Source: Stegostoma tigrinum (taxonomy: Eukaryota). From it: a stretch of 64,000 nt of DNA. The stretch's first letter is position 1. The number at the start of each line of letters is the position of its first letter. Positions 14,764-27,944 of this stretch are shown here, in pieces. The translations under genes and the position numbers were made by a program. The notes under the pieces are model-generated. The model searched no databases, had not been told where the DNA came from, and worked only from the letters and a program-made list of their open reading frames with translations. The stretch spans positions 3,968,001 through 4,032,000 of the forward strand of contig NC_081396.1 of assembly GCF_030684315.1 (NCBI RefSeq). Reading direction: 5' to 3'.

Positions 14764-15000
14764 TTTTACTGGTGGCGACTTCAACTTCAGAGAGATAACT
14801 TCCATGATACACGTCTCTAGCCCCTCGACACAAATGCCACGAAACTGCTGAGGATACCCCGTGTTTCTTTTATCGCTAAAAGTTCCATCGCTTCTCGTTC
14901 TGTCCATGCCTCCAATAAATCCATCATCAACGCTCCTCAAAAGTAATGACCCCTTTTCTGATCATTTTACAAACCACTTCGTGAGTGCCTTCATCCATTG
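14760..15000 (+). mobile_element. LINE AP-endonuclease remnant (possibly Tx1/L1 clade)
   Basis: Translated motifs FTGGDFNF near 14765 and PFSDHF near 14950 match the GDFN and SDH motifs of APE domains. Clade assignment is a guess. Confidence 0.45.
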
Positions 15001-15619
15001 AAGTCTCATTTCATCAGGCCAAACGCTCGGGAGATAAAAACCTAAAGGTTACCAGATACTGTCAGCAGTACATATACCCCTCCCGTAATGACCGCCCACA
15101 CCCCAACCACCAGCTTCTGATGAATCAGCTCTCCTCCATGTTGAATAGCATTTCCAGGAGCCAATCAGGATGACAAGGGTTTAGATTATATTCTGGGGGC
15201 AGAAGTTCAATGCCCACTGCAGCGCGTGGCCGACTGGCAGCACTTAAACCCAAGCATGGCAAGTCATCAAGAACAATGCTGCTAGAATGGATCTGAAACT
15301 GTTTAGAGGAAATCAACACATGATCAGAACAGGATGTTGTACATGTTCAAGAGCAGTCCCCTTGTGTGGGCAGCACGTGTCATGAACAGAATGCCTTTGA
15401 GGCAAGTCGTGGCAACCTGAGAGGTGTTGTTCTCATCTGCAGAGCAGTCCCAAAACCTTTTGGATCTGGGAACTACTTCATGAAGGCCGCAAGCCTCCTG
15501 AACATTGTTCAGGACATGTGTTCCTTGTTTTGATGGTCACATTGCACTCTATGGTGAACCTGCAGAAAATTTAAGAGAGTAAAAAAAAAACCCAAATGAA
15601 CTGCGTACTCTAAATCAGG

Positions 15620-15800
15620 AATAAAAAAAAACAAAGTTGCTGGAACGGCTCAGCAGGTCTGGCCGCATTCAAGGAGGACAAAAAAGAGTTAACATATCGG
15701 GTCCGGTGACCCTTCATTAGAGCTGATGGTAGCTGGGAAAACATCAGTTTACATGCAGTAAATAGGGAGATGGGTCGGGAAAAAAGCAAAGAATAGGACA
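15620..15800 (-). mobile_element. Penelope-like terminal fragment with mutated hammerhead core
   Basis: Minus strand reads CTAATGAAGGGTCACCGGACCCGATATGTTAACTC, the same family as 6617. Confidence 0.65.
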
Positions 15801-15809
15801 GAAACAAAA

Positions 15810-15938
15810 NNNNNNNNNNNNNNNNNNNNNNNNNNNNNNNNNNNNNNNNNNNNNNNNNNNNNNNNNNNNNNNNNNNNNNNNNNNNNNNNNNNNNNNNNNN
15901 NNNNNNNNNNNNNNNNNNNNNNNNNNNNNNNNNNNNNN
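15810..15938. other. Assembly gap (N run)
   Basis: Ns in the sequence. Confidence 1.
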
Positions 15939-16074
15939 AAGGAGTTTGTCACGATCAGGCTGGGAGAGTGAATAGTTCTTCATGTGTACTGTTCGTGACT
16001 CACAACAGCGGGTGTTTCGTGGCAGGCAATGTTGTAACGAGTCCTGGTGTGTGGGGTGGTGTGTGGCTTGGATA

Positions 16075-16420
16075 TGAGAGAATACATGACCTAAAATTAT
16101 TAAACTCAACATTTTTGAGGCCGGAGGGCTGTATGGTCCCCAAGAGGACAATGAGGTGTGGTTTCTCCAGCTTGAGCTGGGATTCACTGGTACACTGTAG
16201 CAAACCAGAGACAGAGAAGTTGGGAGCAAGGTGGTGCATTGAGGTGGCAGGCAACAGATAGTTCAGGGTCTGTTTTGCAAGCAGAATGTAGATGTTCTGT
16301 GAAGTGGTCGTCAAGTCTTTGCTTGATTTCCCCAACGTCGAGGAGACCACATTGTGAGCAACGAATACAGTAGGCTAGATTCTTGGAACTGCAGGTAAAG
16401 TGTTGCATCACCTAGAAGTA
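16075..16420 (-). mobile_element. Penelope-like element GIY-YIG endonuclease remnant
   Basis: FTCSSKNLAYCIRCSQCGLLDVGEIKQRLDDHFTEH...LIVLLGTIQPSGLKNVEF matches the Cys-rich GIY-YIG C-terminus of vertebrate PLEs. Confidence 0.85.
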
Positions 16421-17161
16421 ATGTTTCATCCTTCGCTGGCTTTCACAATCCACCGTAATGTGGCCATCTCATACCAGAAGCTGGACACCAGATATTGCGC
16501 CAAGAAAATTGCATTGCCGGTCTTAGCATTGGCCAGTGCTCTGAGCTGTGTCAAGAACGCCCTTTGCTATTTCAGTTATCAGTCAATATACAGCCTATTC
16601 GGGTACCCTAGCTCTGCAATATCATGCCCACTTTCCACAAATCACCTGCCTTGTGTTCAATGCTGTGAGTGTCAGATACATCTATTTGGCTAGGAGGCTG
16701 TGGGGAACTGAAAATGGTGAAGATCCTGAATTTATGAACCGCGAGAAGTCCATAGCCCTGACGTTCGTTATCTAACTCAGCTTCCTCCTCCAGTGCACAA
16801 CCTATTTTCGTCATTTGCTTTATCGATTGATTTCACATAAGGGTTACATCAGCAGCCTGAACTTCAAAGACCCGCAGTACGTCCCTCAAGAAATATCCAA
16901 CGACCTCCATATAATCTGAAACAATATCATTAACTATACTGTTGTCCTCAACAAGGAAGAAGAGGATCTGAAAAAAATGCTGATGTGTCCTTTCACTGCT
17001 CCAACTGAATGATTGAAATGGCAAAATAAGACACACCAAAACACCGTTCTGTTGGCTTTTGATATCAATGTGGCTGCGAATATAAAACACAAATTTTGAA
17101 TTTTTTTAAGTAGTAAATTTAAACTGTGAAGAAAACAAAAACTAAAAACTGAGGGGTATCA

Positions 17162-17380
17162 CGGTGTGAAGCTGGATGAACACAGCCGGCCGAGCAGCAT
17201 CAGAGGAGCAGGAAAGATTGCCGTTTCGGGTCGGTACACTTCTTCAGAAAACCTTCTACGAAGGGTCCCGATCTGAAACGTGGAGTTTTCTTGCTCTACT
17301 GATGCTGCTTGGCCTGCAGTGTTCATCCAGCTTCACACCGCGTTATCTCAGATTTTCCAGAATCAGCAGTTCCTACTATC
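17162..17380. mobile_element. Foldback of two inverted PLE terminal/hammerhead segments
   Basis: 17162-17249 and 17254-17340 are imperfect reverse complements (cggtgtgaagctggatgaacac / gtgttcatccagcttcacaccg). Confidence 0.85.
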
Positions 17381-17814
17381 TCGAAAAAAACTGAGGAGAG
17401 ATTATTCCCTTCACAAAGTGCTAAAAACAATTACGCATGCTCAGAGTTTATGCCTCACTTGGTAGAATTGTTACGGACCCTCTTCATGGAAAATGAAATA
17501 CACCCCGTCGTCATTTCATGAAATAAAAAGCAAGACAGTTATCGCCACAGTCCTGAGCCAATATTTATCTTTGTTTGGTAAGCGGGAATAGGGTACTAAG
17601 CATGGTAATCATTCATTATCATAACGAATGGCGGAGCTGACTGGAATACACATATACTGTTCTTTCTCTTCTTGTGTGTTTGTTTCGATGTTAACAGAGA
17701 ACAGTGAAATCTGTTTTCTGCGTGTTTTTTAGATCACCGTTCGGGAGTAGTGAAATATTCCTCTGTACACAGCTGGTGACATGTTCCTTGTATTACAACA
17801 AGAAAGTGTATAAT

Positions 17815-17930
17815 TTCGTTCTTTCGTTTGTTCTTTCTTTCTTTCTTTCTTGCTTTCTTTCTTTCTTACCTTCTTTCTTTCCCCCCTTTCCTTACTTCTT
17901 TATTTCGTATCTCCTTTCTTTCCTTCTTTT
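17815..17930. repeat. (TTTC)n degenerate microsatellite
   Basis: Direct tetranucleotide-like run. Confidence 0.85.
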
Positions 17931-18267
17931 CATTACATTTGCGAGATGATTAAATTGCTGAATTTTACCGATGTTGTGAGCTCACCAGAGAAACAGATTT
18001 TCGAAGATTCACCTTTTTGCTCACCATCGTTCAAGTATTTAAATAATACAACATCGGGCTGTGAGTTTTGTTGTTGTTACCGTAGGAAGTAGCAGCTGCT
18101 CCATGTCATGTCGCACGTACAGTATAAAGATAACATTAATGCTGCATTAAAATCTGAAGAAAGCAGCTGATTTGGAAACATACAGGAATGTAAATATCAG
18201 ATGGATTTGTGTTCAAAACTTAAATGAATACATTGCTCAGGTTGATATGTGATATCTTTATAATTAC

Positions 18268-18468
18268 CTGTGAGAAAAGCTGAATACTGATGAATTTCAT
18301 CCTCCATCTCCGATTTGTGAAAGGTGGAGATGGAAATGAAACAAAGGTCATTCCGTTCCTCAAACTCAAAAACCTGCTGTTGCGCGTCAGCTTGCTGACA
18401 CTCCTTGTTTGCACAGTGGCACTGTGAGGCCAGTAGGCGTTCAGCAGACTGTTGCTGAATGGAAACAT
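18268..18468 (-). pseudogene. Candidate isolated exon of an unidentified gene (201 nt, phase 1-1, open)
   Basis: Acceptor ctctcatctgtttcaag| and donor |gtaatt flank a stop-free 67-codon frame, DVSIQQQSAERLLASQCHCANKECQQ...EIHQYSAFLT. Protein not recognised. Confidence 0.35.
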
Positions 18469-18689
18469 CTTGAAACAGATGAGAGACAGTGTTCCCATAG
18501 CGGAAAGGATACTGGAATTGAAGCATTAACCCCGACTTCCCTTCGCAAATGTTATAAGATCTGCTGAGATTTTTCAACAAGATCTGCTTTTGTTCCTTAC
18601 AGACAGCTTCCACTCATGGAAATATCGGTAATGATCCTGAAGCCGTTATTATTTTATGTCTCGAAACGTAAGCTGATCAATCGGCAGTA

Positions 18690-18881
18690 GGAACTGCGAT
18701 GCTGTAGAATCTGAGATGACAAGGTGTAGAGCTGCATGAACAAAGCAGGCCAAGCAACATCAGAGGAGCAGGAACTCTGAAGTTTCTGGCTTAGAGTTTA
18801 TGCCGGAGCCGTCAGCATTTCTGCTCCTATGATGCTACTTGGCCTGCTGTGTTCATTCTTCTCTACACTTTGTTATCTCAG
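18690..18881. mobile_element. Foldback of inverted PLE terminal segments
   Basis: 18711-18780 and 18812-18881 are imperfect reverse complements (ctgagatgacaaggtgtagag / ctctacactttgttatctcag). Confidence 0.8.
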
Positions 18882-19179
18882 CTGATCAATAGGGCTTGTT
18901 TATTCTAACAGTAATACTAACTCGCAATTACTGGTATTTTCTCGCTTCTCCTATTTATTTTGTCTTTGTGACTGCAGTCTGAATTATCAGAGCATAGAAA
19001 CTCAGAGGTTTTCTGTCACCACTTCAGCTTCATTGAGTTAACCAATATTTCCCATTGGTGTGAACAACTTTAGCAGATGCATTATAATCATAACACTTCA
19101 AAAACAATGTTAAAATAGAGAACCTTGATTCAAAATTCGAGAATAGATTCGGTTTATTTAAATGAAGATTTGTATCTAC

Positions 19180-19370
19180 ATCAGAAACAAAAGACACAGT
19201 TCCTGGAGAAGGTTAGCATGTCTAGCAGCATTTGTAAATGAGAAAACAGAGTTAACGTTTTGGGTCCAGTGTCCTTTCCTCAGAACTGATGCTGCCAGAT
19301 GTTCTGAACCTCTCCGGCAACGTTGCTTTAGTTCCTGAGTTACGGCATCTTCAGTTCCTTCGGTTTTAAT
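19180..19370. mobile_element. PLE terminal fragment(s) with degenerate hammerhead, partly inverted
   Basis: cagagttaacgttttgggtccagtgtcctttcctcag is the reverse complement of a CTGAGGAA..GGAC..AAACGTT core; followed by gatgctgccaga on the + strand. Confidence 0.6.
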
Positions 19371-19759
19371 TATATCTACATTATCTGCTTGGGTCAGCAG
19401 TTAACAGTGAACATCCCACTGCAGCTTTGTGTCTTCATACTGTTAAACTTTGTTCCATGCAAATAGTTCAACTTATCTCTTTATTTAAATACCTGACTGC
19501 ATTGAAATGAACTGAATGAGTGGCAACAAGCCCAAATGGATGTGAATTAATTTTGCATTAATATCTTGCATTCATTCCAGGATTCAGCAATATTTTAGCT
19601 AATGGGCATAGACATTTAAACGCCACAAGATAGGGCTCTCTCAACTTTCTGTATGCAGACTGCACGATGCACGTTTAAGATAACCCCATGATTACTCAGC
19701 TGTTCTAGTCATCCAAACAGATTAGTGAATCCCAGAAATCGCCCTCAATCCTTGACTAG

Positions 19760-20090
19760 TTAACAGAATGAGGACGTCGCTGGCTAGGCAGAATTTGTTG
19801 CCTATGCTTAATTGCCTAAAAATCAGTCCAGAATGCTATGGGTCTCAAAGACACATGTCGGGCTGACCAGGAAAGAATGGCAGTTTCCTTGCCGAAAAAC
19901 CACTAATGAACCAGATTGTTAACTTTTTCCAGATAATCAACTGTGAAATCATGGTCATCATTAGACTCTCCATTCCAGATATTTTATTGAATTCAAATTC
20001 TACAGTCTGCCGTAGTGGAATTTGAAACCATAACATTATCTTGTCTCCAGTTTAACAGTCGAATGATAATAACATTCAGCCGTCACTTCA
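19760..20090 (-). mobile_element. Shark SINE remnant (tRNA-like head, LINE-like tail)
   Basis: Minus strand has a B-box-like ggtttcaaattccactacggcagac near the 5' end and resembles an abundant elasmobranch SINE as I recall it. Family not confirmed. Confidence 0.5.
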
Positions 20091-20689
20091 CCCTAATGTT
20101 ATTCCATACTAAGTTATTTTCTTTCTCTTCAAGGAGCCCTTACTTTAAGTGTAGAATTGTTATTCTCACGAAATCGTTTCTACTTCCAATCCCTTTTCCG
20201 TTGTCTATTCATTTCCTAGATTTCGTTTCATATTCTGTACTATGTGCAATCAGTTGCTTTCGCTATTTCCATCTATTAATCTCCTCTATTATGTACTGAT
20301 CTATCAAACTTTTGGTCACTATCTCGACATCATTTCAATCACTGTTGTGTCACTGTTGATACCTCAATATCTTGCTCGAAACATGCCTCAATTTCTCTCA
20401 ATGTCTTTCTCTCTCATTCACTCAATGTTTCTTCTTTCTTCATTTAAATCTCCCAATTTCTTAGTTTTGCTTGTTTTTGTATTGTTGCTCATGGCGCAGA
20501 CCAATCACATCCAACAGATTTCGCACCTTTGTGTCACTGCAAATTACCAGCACTTTTCAGAACATGAGACATCAGTAATTGTGCAGACCTGAATTTGACT
20601 ATCGGTGCATTATCATGCTGACTCGTGATCATCATGGCTTATTCCTTTATCCTCGTTGAAAACATTCAAAAATCTGGAAGGTGTGTTTT

Positions 20690-21215
20690 TTTTGTTTTAA
20701 AATGTAGGTGTGAATTGGCTTGTGCAAAGGGGAGAGATTGGAGGCGCAGTAGGAAGAGATGTGATCATTGTGGCAGTAGCTCGGAGAGACAATGTGTCGG
20801 CAGGGGTAGTTGTGCTTATGGATTTTGTGGAACAAGTTGAATCGGACAGTGTAGGTCTGGGGTGTCTATCAGGTTTGAATTTGGTGGGGGGTTGAGGCTG
20901 GTTATCAGCAGAGGACACCAGAAGCAATGAGGTAAGGGACAGTTTCGGAGACAGTGGATTGATGAGCGGGGTTGCATCAATTTAAGACATGATGTCAGAG
21001 AGTTGAATTTTGGTATTTGTGACACAGAGCTACTTCCTGCACAAACACCGCCCCTGCCTTTGTCAGCGGGCTTGACAGTGAAATTAGTAATGGTATGGAG
21101 AGATTGGAGCACTGCACATTCGGAGGGAGAGACGTTAGAATTGGTTAGAGTTGTGGTAAAATTCAGGCGATCGTTGATTTGGGAATTCTTGCTTCAATAA
21201 CTGAAGAAAGAGTTC
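20690..21215 (-). mobile_element. Penelope-like element RT N-terminal remnant
   Basis: LQSLHTITNFTVKPADKG contains the IKPADKG-type motif typical of PLE reverse transcriptases. Confidence 0.75.
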
Positions 21216-24200
21216 CTGTTTTAAACCATGCCTGTGTGAATAGTTTGATGTGCGAGCCTGCTTTCATGTGTAACCGTGTCAGTGATTGTCAGAGGTAGTT
21301 GGAGGTGTCGAGTTTAGCTGACAGTCAGATCAGCTCTCATCTGACTGACTAGCGGACCAGGCTATTGTGGCTGAATGAGTCATACTCAAACTCAATTCAC
21401 TTGATTGTATCTGATGTCAAAAATAATTTAAGAGAATCTTGGAGCAGTAGCAAGGGTGTGGGCACACGGCATGGCGAGTGATCCAGATCCAATTCTGCTT
21501 GAAATCATCAGACCACAGGTGCTGGAGATCCGAAACAAAAACTGGAAGGGTTTGGAATTCTCAGAAAATCAAATGCATCTATGGATTGAAAAGATGAAGC
21601 AAAAAAAAACAGAACTAAACTTTACAGTTCAATGTGATTCTCCTTTGGAACCGAGGAGAGGTGATGAATTATTAGATTCAACACAGTGAAACGGGGGAGG
21701 AGGGGCGTGGTTTGGGAAGATGAAAACAAACTGAAGTTCTACGAAAATAAAAGTGGTGAGTGACTTTGGAAACCATTATTGCATAAACTAAGTTCAGAAA
21801 CACTCTTGATAATTGGAAAGAAGACAAACCATCGATCAAGTGCAACTGTTGACAACAGAATGAAAACCCTGAATGAAAACAATGTCTTCAAAACTAAGAC
21901 AGAAATTGCGAAGTAATTTCCATATCAAAATGAAAGACACAGTTCGTAACCTGCATTTATTCAACTCTAAAACGCAAAAAAGTGGAAAATGTTGAAGTGA
22001 CGTGTCGATTGACCATATACTCCAACTATCCTGACACATTCTCTTTTGCAGGTACCTGCAATATAAATAATCCAAGAATATACAGGACAGCCATTCTCCT
22101 TGCAGATTTCGTCAACATATGATTTCTGTTTTCTTGGGCAAACTCATTTTCATTTTCTGTTGCATTTTATTTTATCTGAGGAAATATTCTTTGTCGATAT
22201 AAATCTTGCATTTCTTGCGTTTATTCTCACCTTCTCTTCCGGTCACTCGTGAAATATTATTGGTAATTGTTAATGTCGCTGGATCTGCTTTCACAATATG
22301 CCTGTGGAAGTTATCGCTTTGAACCATCACTAGATTCATTAAAGAAAAATAACCTGCTATCTCACTAACACTAAGAGATTCTGTCAATTGGTGTAATGTA
22401 TTTTTTTCCAACTGTCCATCTCCTGTGAGTCTTCTATAGCTCATTCCAAACACTGGGCATAATATACTGTCCGTATATAATGGTTCAGAAACAACGTAAT
22501 GCAATGGCCCATTTCCAGAACAATCGATAAGGAAGAGCCAATGCAGTTTGACTGTAATTTCAACAAATCAAATCTATCAGCCTTTTGATGGCAGGAACTT
22601 AATGCAAATAGAATAGACTATGTCATGACTAGCAGAGGATACGGGAAGAATACGATCGAATGATGAGAGATTGTGCTTGAAATAAATGGAGGGAAATGTG
22701 ACTTCACATCCAGAAGGCAATTGGTGTGGGATTTCACAGTTCACAGCTGCGTAATCCAAACTCTCCCAGTGACTGCAACAAGCGAGTTGGCTGAAAGAGT
22801 TGTGCTGAAAAGCATTCACTCTACTTTCCAAAGAACGAGCGTTCCATTACTCACAACAATGCATTTGACTGTTAGTTTAGTTAATGAAGCTTTACATACT
22901 CCATTGCCTACAATTGGCGATTGTTGGAATTGTATTGCATGGAATGTCTTGCACAGGAACTGCAGCTTGTCCGTGCCAATGTTTATTTCGACACAAGTCT
23001 TCCCCCGGAATGCAACATCTGAAACTAATCATGTCTTTTCTGATTTTCTTTCTTCTTCCTTCTTTTAGCTCTCTTTAACATTACCCGCAATAATTAACTC
23101 AGTAAATCCATTTGAGTGCATGTGTGCGTGGACTGCAGTAAAATGCAGGAAGCAGTTTTGAGGTTAAACAGCAAGCTAGTTATTTCCTGATTACAATCGA
23201 CAATGATGATTGTTGCATTTTTTAAATGTAATTCAGGTCCATTCATCTACATAATCTACATTTCCCCTCTATTGTAGCGTTATTCCATCTCATGATTCTG
23301 GAATATTCATTTCAGCATCTGCAACACAAGACAATTATTGCATGCTTTATGTGGTCCTTGGCAGTTTGTGTATCATTTATGTGATTGCCAGAGCGTTGCT
23401 GTTATTGAACCACTTTTTTGAAACGTATCTTTGAATGGTGGTTATTTCTGAATATTGAACTGAACGACAGGACCTTTGGTACAAAGGAGTTATTGGACTT
23501 TAGGAAGTACCATACTATAGGCTAAGAGTCAGGCAAAAATCAAGCAGACTATGTGGAAATCCTGTAACATCATATAGCAAAATGGCATAAAGGAACTAAC
23601 GAAAAAAAACCCTGACATTCTATTTTCCAAATACAAGTCAGCCTGTTACAATATTCGAGTTGGAATGTATTCTTGTTCATCATTTGCTTCACGATTGTTT
23701 AAAATCAAATTTGTTAACACAGGAAATATCAATTGCAGGACAGTGCAGATTTCAAGGTTTCTCCATTTAGATTAGGCCATGGTTACTGTATATGAATGTT
23801 AATTTCGTGCACTTGTCCCATCCCTTTCTTTAGGTTGATATAAGAATGTCTGTTGATTGCTATTTTGAATTGATTTGGCCACTGACTACCAATAACTCTC
23901 TGAGAAATAATCCACAGATTTACAACCGCTTCGTGCAAAACTTCATCTTAGCTCTGCCCAAAATGTCGGAAAATTTCTGATACCGTAGCCTGGTATGAGA
24001 GACTTTGCTGCATCGTGAATTAAAGGAGCGAGACCAATTTTTGCATCCTTTAATATTTCGATTATATTTCATTTCCACAGGGGAGGAATTTCAAATGTCA
24101 CCCATGAAACACTAAATGATCAGTTAAAGTTAATATACCAAAATTCCCTCGATTTTGGAAAGATCCCAGGAATTTGGATCTCAACAAATATGACTTTTCA

Positions 24201-24764
24201 AATCAAGAATACAGGAAGGCAACAATATAAAATGATCTGTCAGTTGGCTAAATATCTGTTATGGACGGTGTTGCAATTGATCGTGAAAGAGATTATATCT
24301 TTCCAGAAATTGCTGGAGATATTTGACACATTTGGCAGAATTTGTCGGGAGAAAGCTGAATTACCATTTCAAATCCAGTGACTGTTCAGAAAACCGAGCT
24401 CTGAGAAACAATCACCTGACTGGGGCCATTGACACTGCTTACTCTCCACAAATTCTGCCCTTATGCTCGGTTTCTCCTTTAATCGATGATTGTGTTTCAG
24501 ATGTCCAGCAGTTGCATTTATTTAATTTATCATAACTGTGTCCTGAGACAATACTCAGAGTACTTGCGAAGATGCAAGGTGGTTTCTTCAATGGGAGATT
24601 CTGTTCAAACAATTTGTTGGAATTCAGGAAGGAGCAACATGAGTTGTGATGAAAAGGAAAATTTGCAGGCCGACTGCACTTAGACTTTGAAAGGCTTAAG
24701 TCAAGGTTTTCATGGCAAATCTAAGCTTTTGCTGTTGGAAATAGATTCCAGCTTGAATACAAGA

Positions 24765-25016
24765 ATCCCCTCCCTAACTCCCCAAATCTCCTCTCCTCTC
24801 CACCTATCTTCTTTTCTCTCCATCTTTGGTCTGCCTCCCCCTCTCTCCCTATTTATACCAGAACCGTCCCTCCACCCCACTCTCTGATGAAGGGTCCAGG
24901 CCGGAAACGTCAGCTTTTGTGCTCCTGAGATGATGTTTGGGCTGCTGGGTTCATCCAGCTTCACAATTTGTTACCTTGGATTCTCCAGCACCTGTAGTTC
25001 CCATTATCACTGATAC
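24765..25016 (+). mobile_element. PLE 3' terminal repeat with hammerhead core
   Basis: Pyrimidine-rich tract, then CTGATGAAGGGTCCAGGCCGGAAACGTC (24884-24911, stem II base pair mismatched), ending in cccattatcactgata. Confidence 0.85.
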
Positions 25017-25784
25017 AAGATAGGTTGGTGGGGAAAAAATAGAGAAAATTGTTATCAGAAATTCTTTTCTGATTGGACGGATGAGACAAACTGAATCGGT
25101 CTATGTTGGACTCTCATGTATTGGCAATTTAAATAAATGACGTTGATGAGAGATGCGAAGGTGCTGTCAACAATAACAAAATGTGCAGCAATGTAAGATG
25201 TGAACAGACCCAGAAGTCGAAAAATGAAGAACAACTGAAGAATGCAAAGTTTCAGAAGAATTTAACTGTTTCACGTGCACGCATCATAAACAGTCAGTAT
25301 TCAGTCACAGATCATTATCAGGAAGGCAAATGAGATGTGACCCTTTGTGGCCAAATGAGTTGAATGTAAAGGTAACAATGACGTGATTTATTTCGACAGG
25401 GCATTAATGATATTATGACACCATACTTAATTGGACCTTTGTTCTCAGTTTTCACGAAGCATGTAAGTTTAATTGGTTCACGAGAGATGTTGACTGAACA
25501 AAGTGGAGTTTCGTGTCTCAATAGCTTAGAGTGAAGCTGATCACCAGTGAGTGGTGACTTGATTTAAGTTTGCACTTTCCAGAATGATCTTGCCATTGGT
25601 TGCTCACATATTGCTTTCTTTACCATTGCACAAATATGAACGACTATTTTCAAATTGGCATCTACAGCGATAGCAGAGAGACAAGGTCGTTGTTCACTTT
25701 TGAAACTTTGACTCAGAAGACTGTGGAAGCAGGAACATGAAATGCTTCAAGAAGTAAATAGATTCTTGATGAGATAGAGATTCA

Positions 25785-26470
25785 TAGATTTGTACAATCA
25801 TGAAGTATGGGAACAGACACTCCGTTCCAAACAGTTCGTGTCATAAATAATTCCAAATTGAAGTAGACCCATCTTCCTGAACGTGGATAATATAACTCCG
25901 AAACTTTCCTACTCATATTGGCATCTAAATGTATTTTAAACTTTGTAAATTTACACTCATTCACCACTTCACCAGGAAGTTCATTCTACACGAGAACCAC
26001 ACTCTGGATAAAACATAACCTCATGTCTTTTTTTAAATCTTTCTCTTCTCACATTTAAAATGTGGCCCATAATCTCTAATTTCGCTTCCTTTGGGAAAAG
26101 CGAAGTACCATTGATTCTACCTGTGCCTTTTGTTATTTTATGAACTTCTATCAAGTCACATTTCAACATCCTGTGCTTCAATGAAATAAAGGTCGCAGCC
26201 TATCCATTCTTTCCGAGTAACTCAAGCCTTCCATCCACTGAAACCTCCTGGCTAATCTCTTCTGAACCCTTTCAAGCTCAAGAACATCCCCCTATAACTG
26301 GCTGACCAGAACTGGAGAACCTATGCCAGAAGAGTTTTCATCAATCTCCTGTCCAACATCACAAAAGCGCCAAACGTTATGCTCAAAGGACTAAGCAATG
26401 AAGACAAGCTGGCAAAACGCCATTTTAACCATTCTGTGTTCATATGAGGTTCACTTTCAAGAATTACGTG
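25785..26470 (-). mobile_element. CR1 LINE 3' fragment
   Basis: ORF 25981-26181 (RMLKCDLIEVHKITKG..LFPK..GHILNVR) matches the CR1 ORF2 C-terminus. Confidence 0.8.
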
Positions 26471-26489
26471 CCTAGCAGCGAGCTTTGAA

Positions 26490-26850
26490 AGGTTTGTGGC
26501 TCAGTTTGAGTTTCTGGGTGTGAGTTTGCTCGCTGAGCTGGAAGGTTAGTTTTCAAACGTTTTATCTCCATTCTAGGTAACATTATCAGTGAGCCTCCGA
26601 TGAAACGCTGGTGTTATGCCCCGCTTTCTATTTATCTGTTTCGGTTTCCTTGGGTTGGTGATGTCATTTCCTGCGTTGGTGATGTCATTTCCTGCTCTTT
26701 TTCTCAAACAGAGACACAAACGGGAATTCCTGGAAGCATGGCATTCCAACCGGAACTCCATCAACAAACACATTGCTGTGGAGCCAGTCTACCATACTCT
26801 GAGAAAAAGAACAAGAAAACAGACAAATATGATGTCATCCACCAAGTTAA
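26490..26850. mobile_element. Second PLE family: inverted terminal repeat with degenerate hammerhead plus endonuclease C-terminus
   Basis: + strand KQRHKREFLEAWHSNRNSINKHI (GIY-YIG C-terminus). Minus strand CTGATAATGTTACCTAGAATGGAGATAAAACGTT near 26557-26590 resembles a decayed hammerhead core. Confidence 0.75.
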
Positions 26851-27944
26851 TAACTATAATTGTCATCTTTCTCAGTAAAAAAAATCACACAAATGACAAC
26901 CAAAAGAGCACCCAGAAGCAATCCCTGTGGAAAACCGCTGGTTGCAGTCTCCGGTCAGAAATGCAACGTCTCCCATTTTTTAACCATTCCCTGATGGTAT
27001 CGCTATCTCAATAGCTATGAAACACGACTAGGGTACAAAGAAGAAAAAGAACCAGTTAATTGAATGTAGACATAAATGCAAGGGTTAGATAATGGAAGAA
27101 CAGTGAGACAAATTCCACTGATCAACTGTGATCCCACATGCCAGTAACATGCTCGGTGTGAGCATTGTATTGCACACTACTTTTGTTCCAAATTTTAAAT
27201 GTCTCTCTTGCAGTTTGTCCATTGTTTAAGGTATGGCAGGGGAGGTGCTGTGACGTGTTGGTCATTTCCATGCTTGTTAATAATTGCTCTCCATGAATTT
27301 ATCCGGTCAATCAATAATTGATTCCACTCATGATGACGACCATTTTGTGTAGAAATAGACAAATAACATTCAGTGACAGCTCGTCCCATTAGTTGATGTA
27401 GAAAATAAAATGTCATTCACTTTTCACAGTAGGCATTGTAGAGGTGGCACTGTCAGCGCTCATGCAAATTTAAACACTCGTATTAAGGATTTAACTCTTA
27501 TCCACATTTTCAATTAATTATCGTCGACTGGCAATGACGGTATTCCATTTCCCGGTGTCTCAAATACAGCACAGCACTGAATGGTCTCGCAGCTGCGCTG
27601 GGAAGATTGTGCATGCATCATTTCTGGCAGGTAATTGGCAACCTAATTCGTTTCTTTCTTTAATTAAAAAAAATCTGTCTTGTTAAAATGAACAAATCTC
27701 TTCTGTTAAAACATATTCCTCAGTTCTGAGGTTTGAAGATTCTGTCACTCCACTCCTGTCCACGAAAAAAAATCAAAGAGTAAAAACAATTACTTCATAT
27801 TTTGATTCTACTAATGATGACGGCCATTCTGTGTAGGAATCGACAAATAACATTCAGTGACAGTCTCGTCCGATTAGTTGATGTAGAAAATAAAATGTCA
27901 TTCACTTTTCACAGTAGGCATTGTAGAGGTGACACTGTCAGCGC

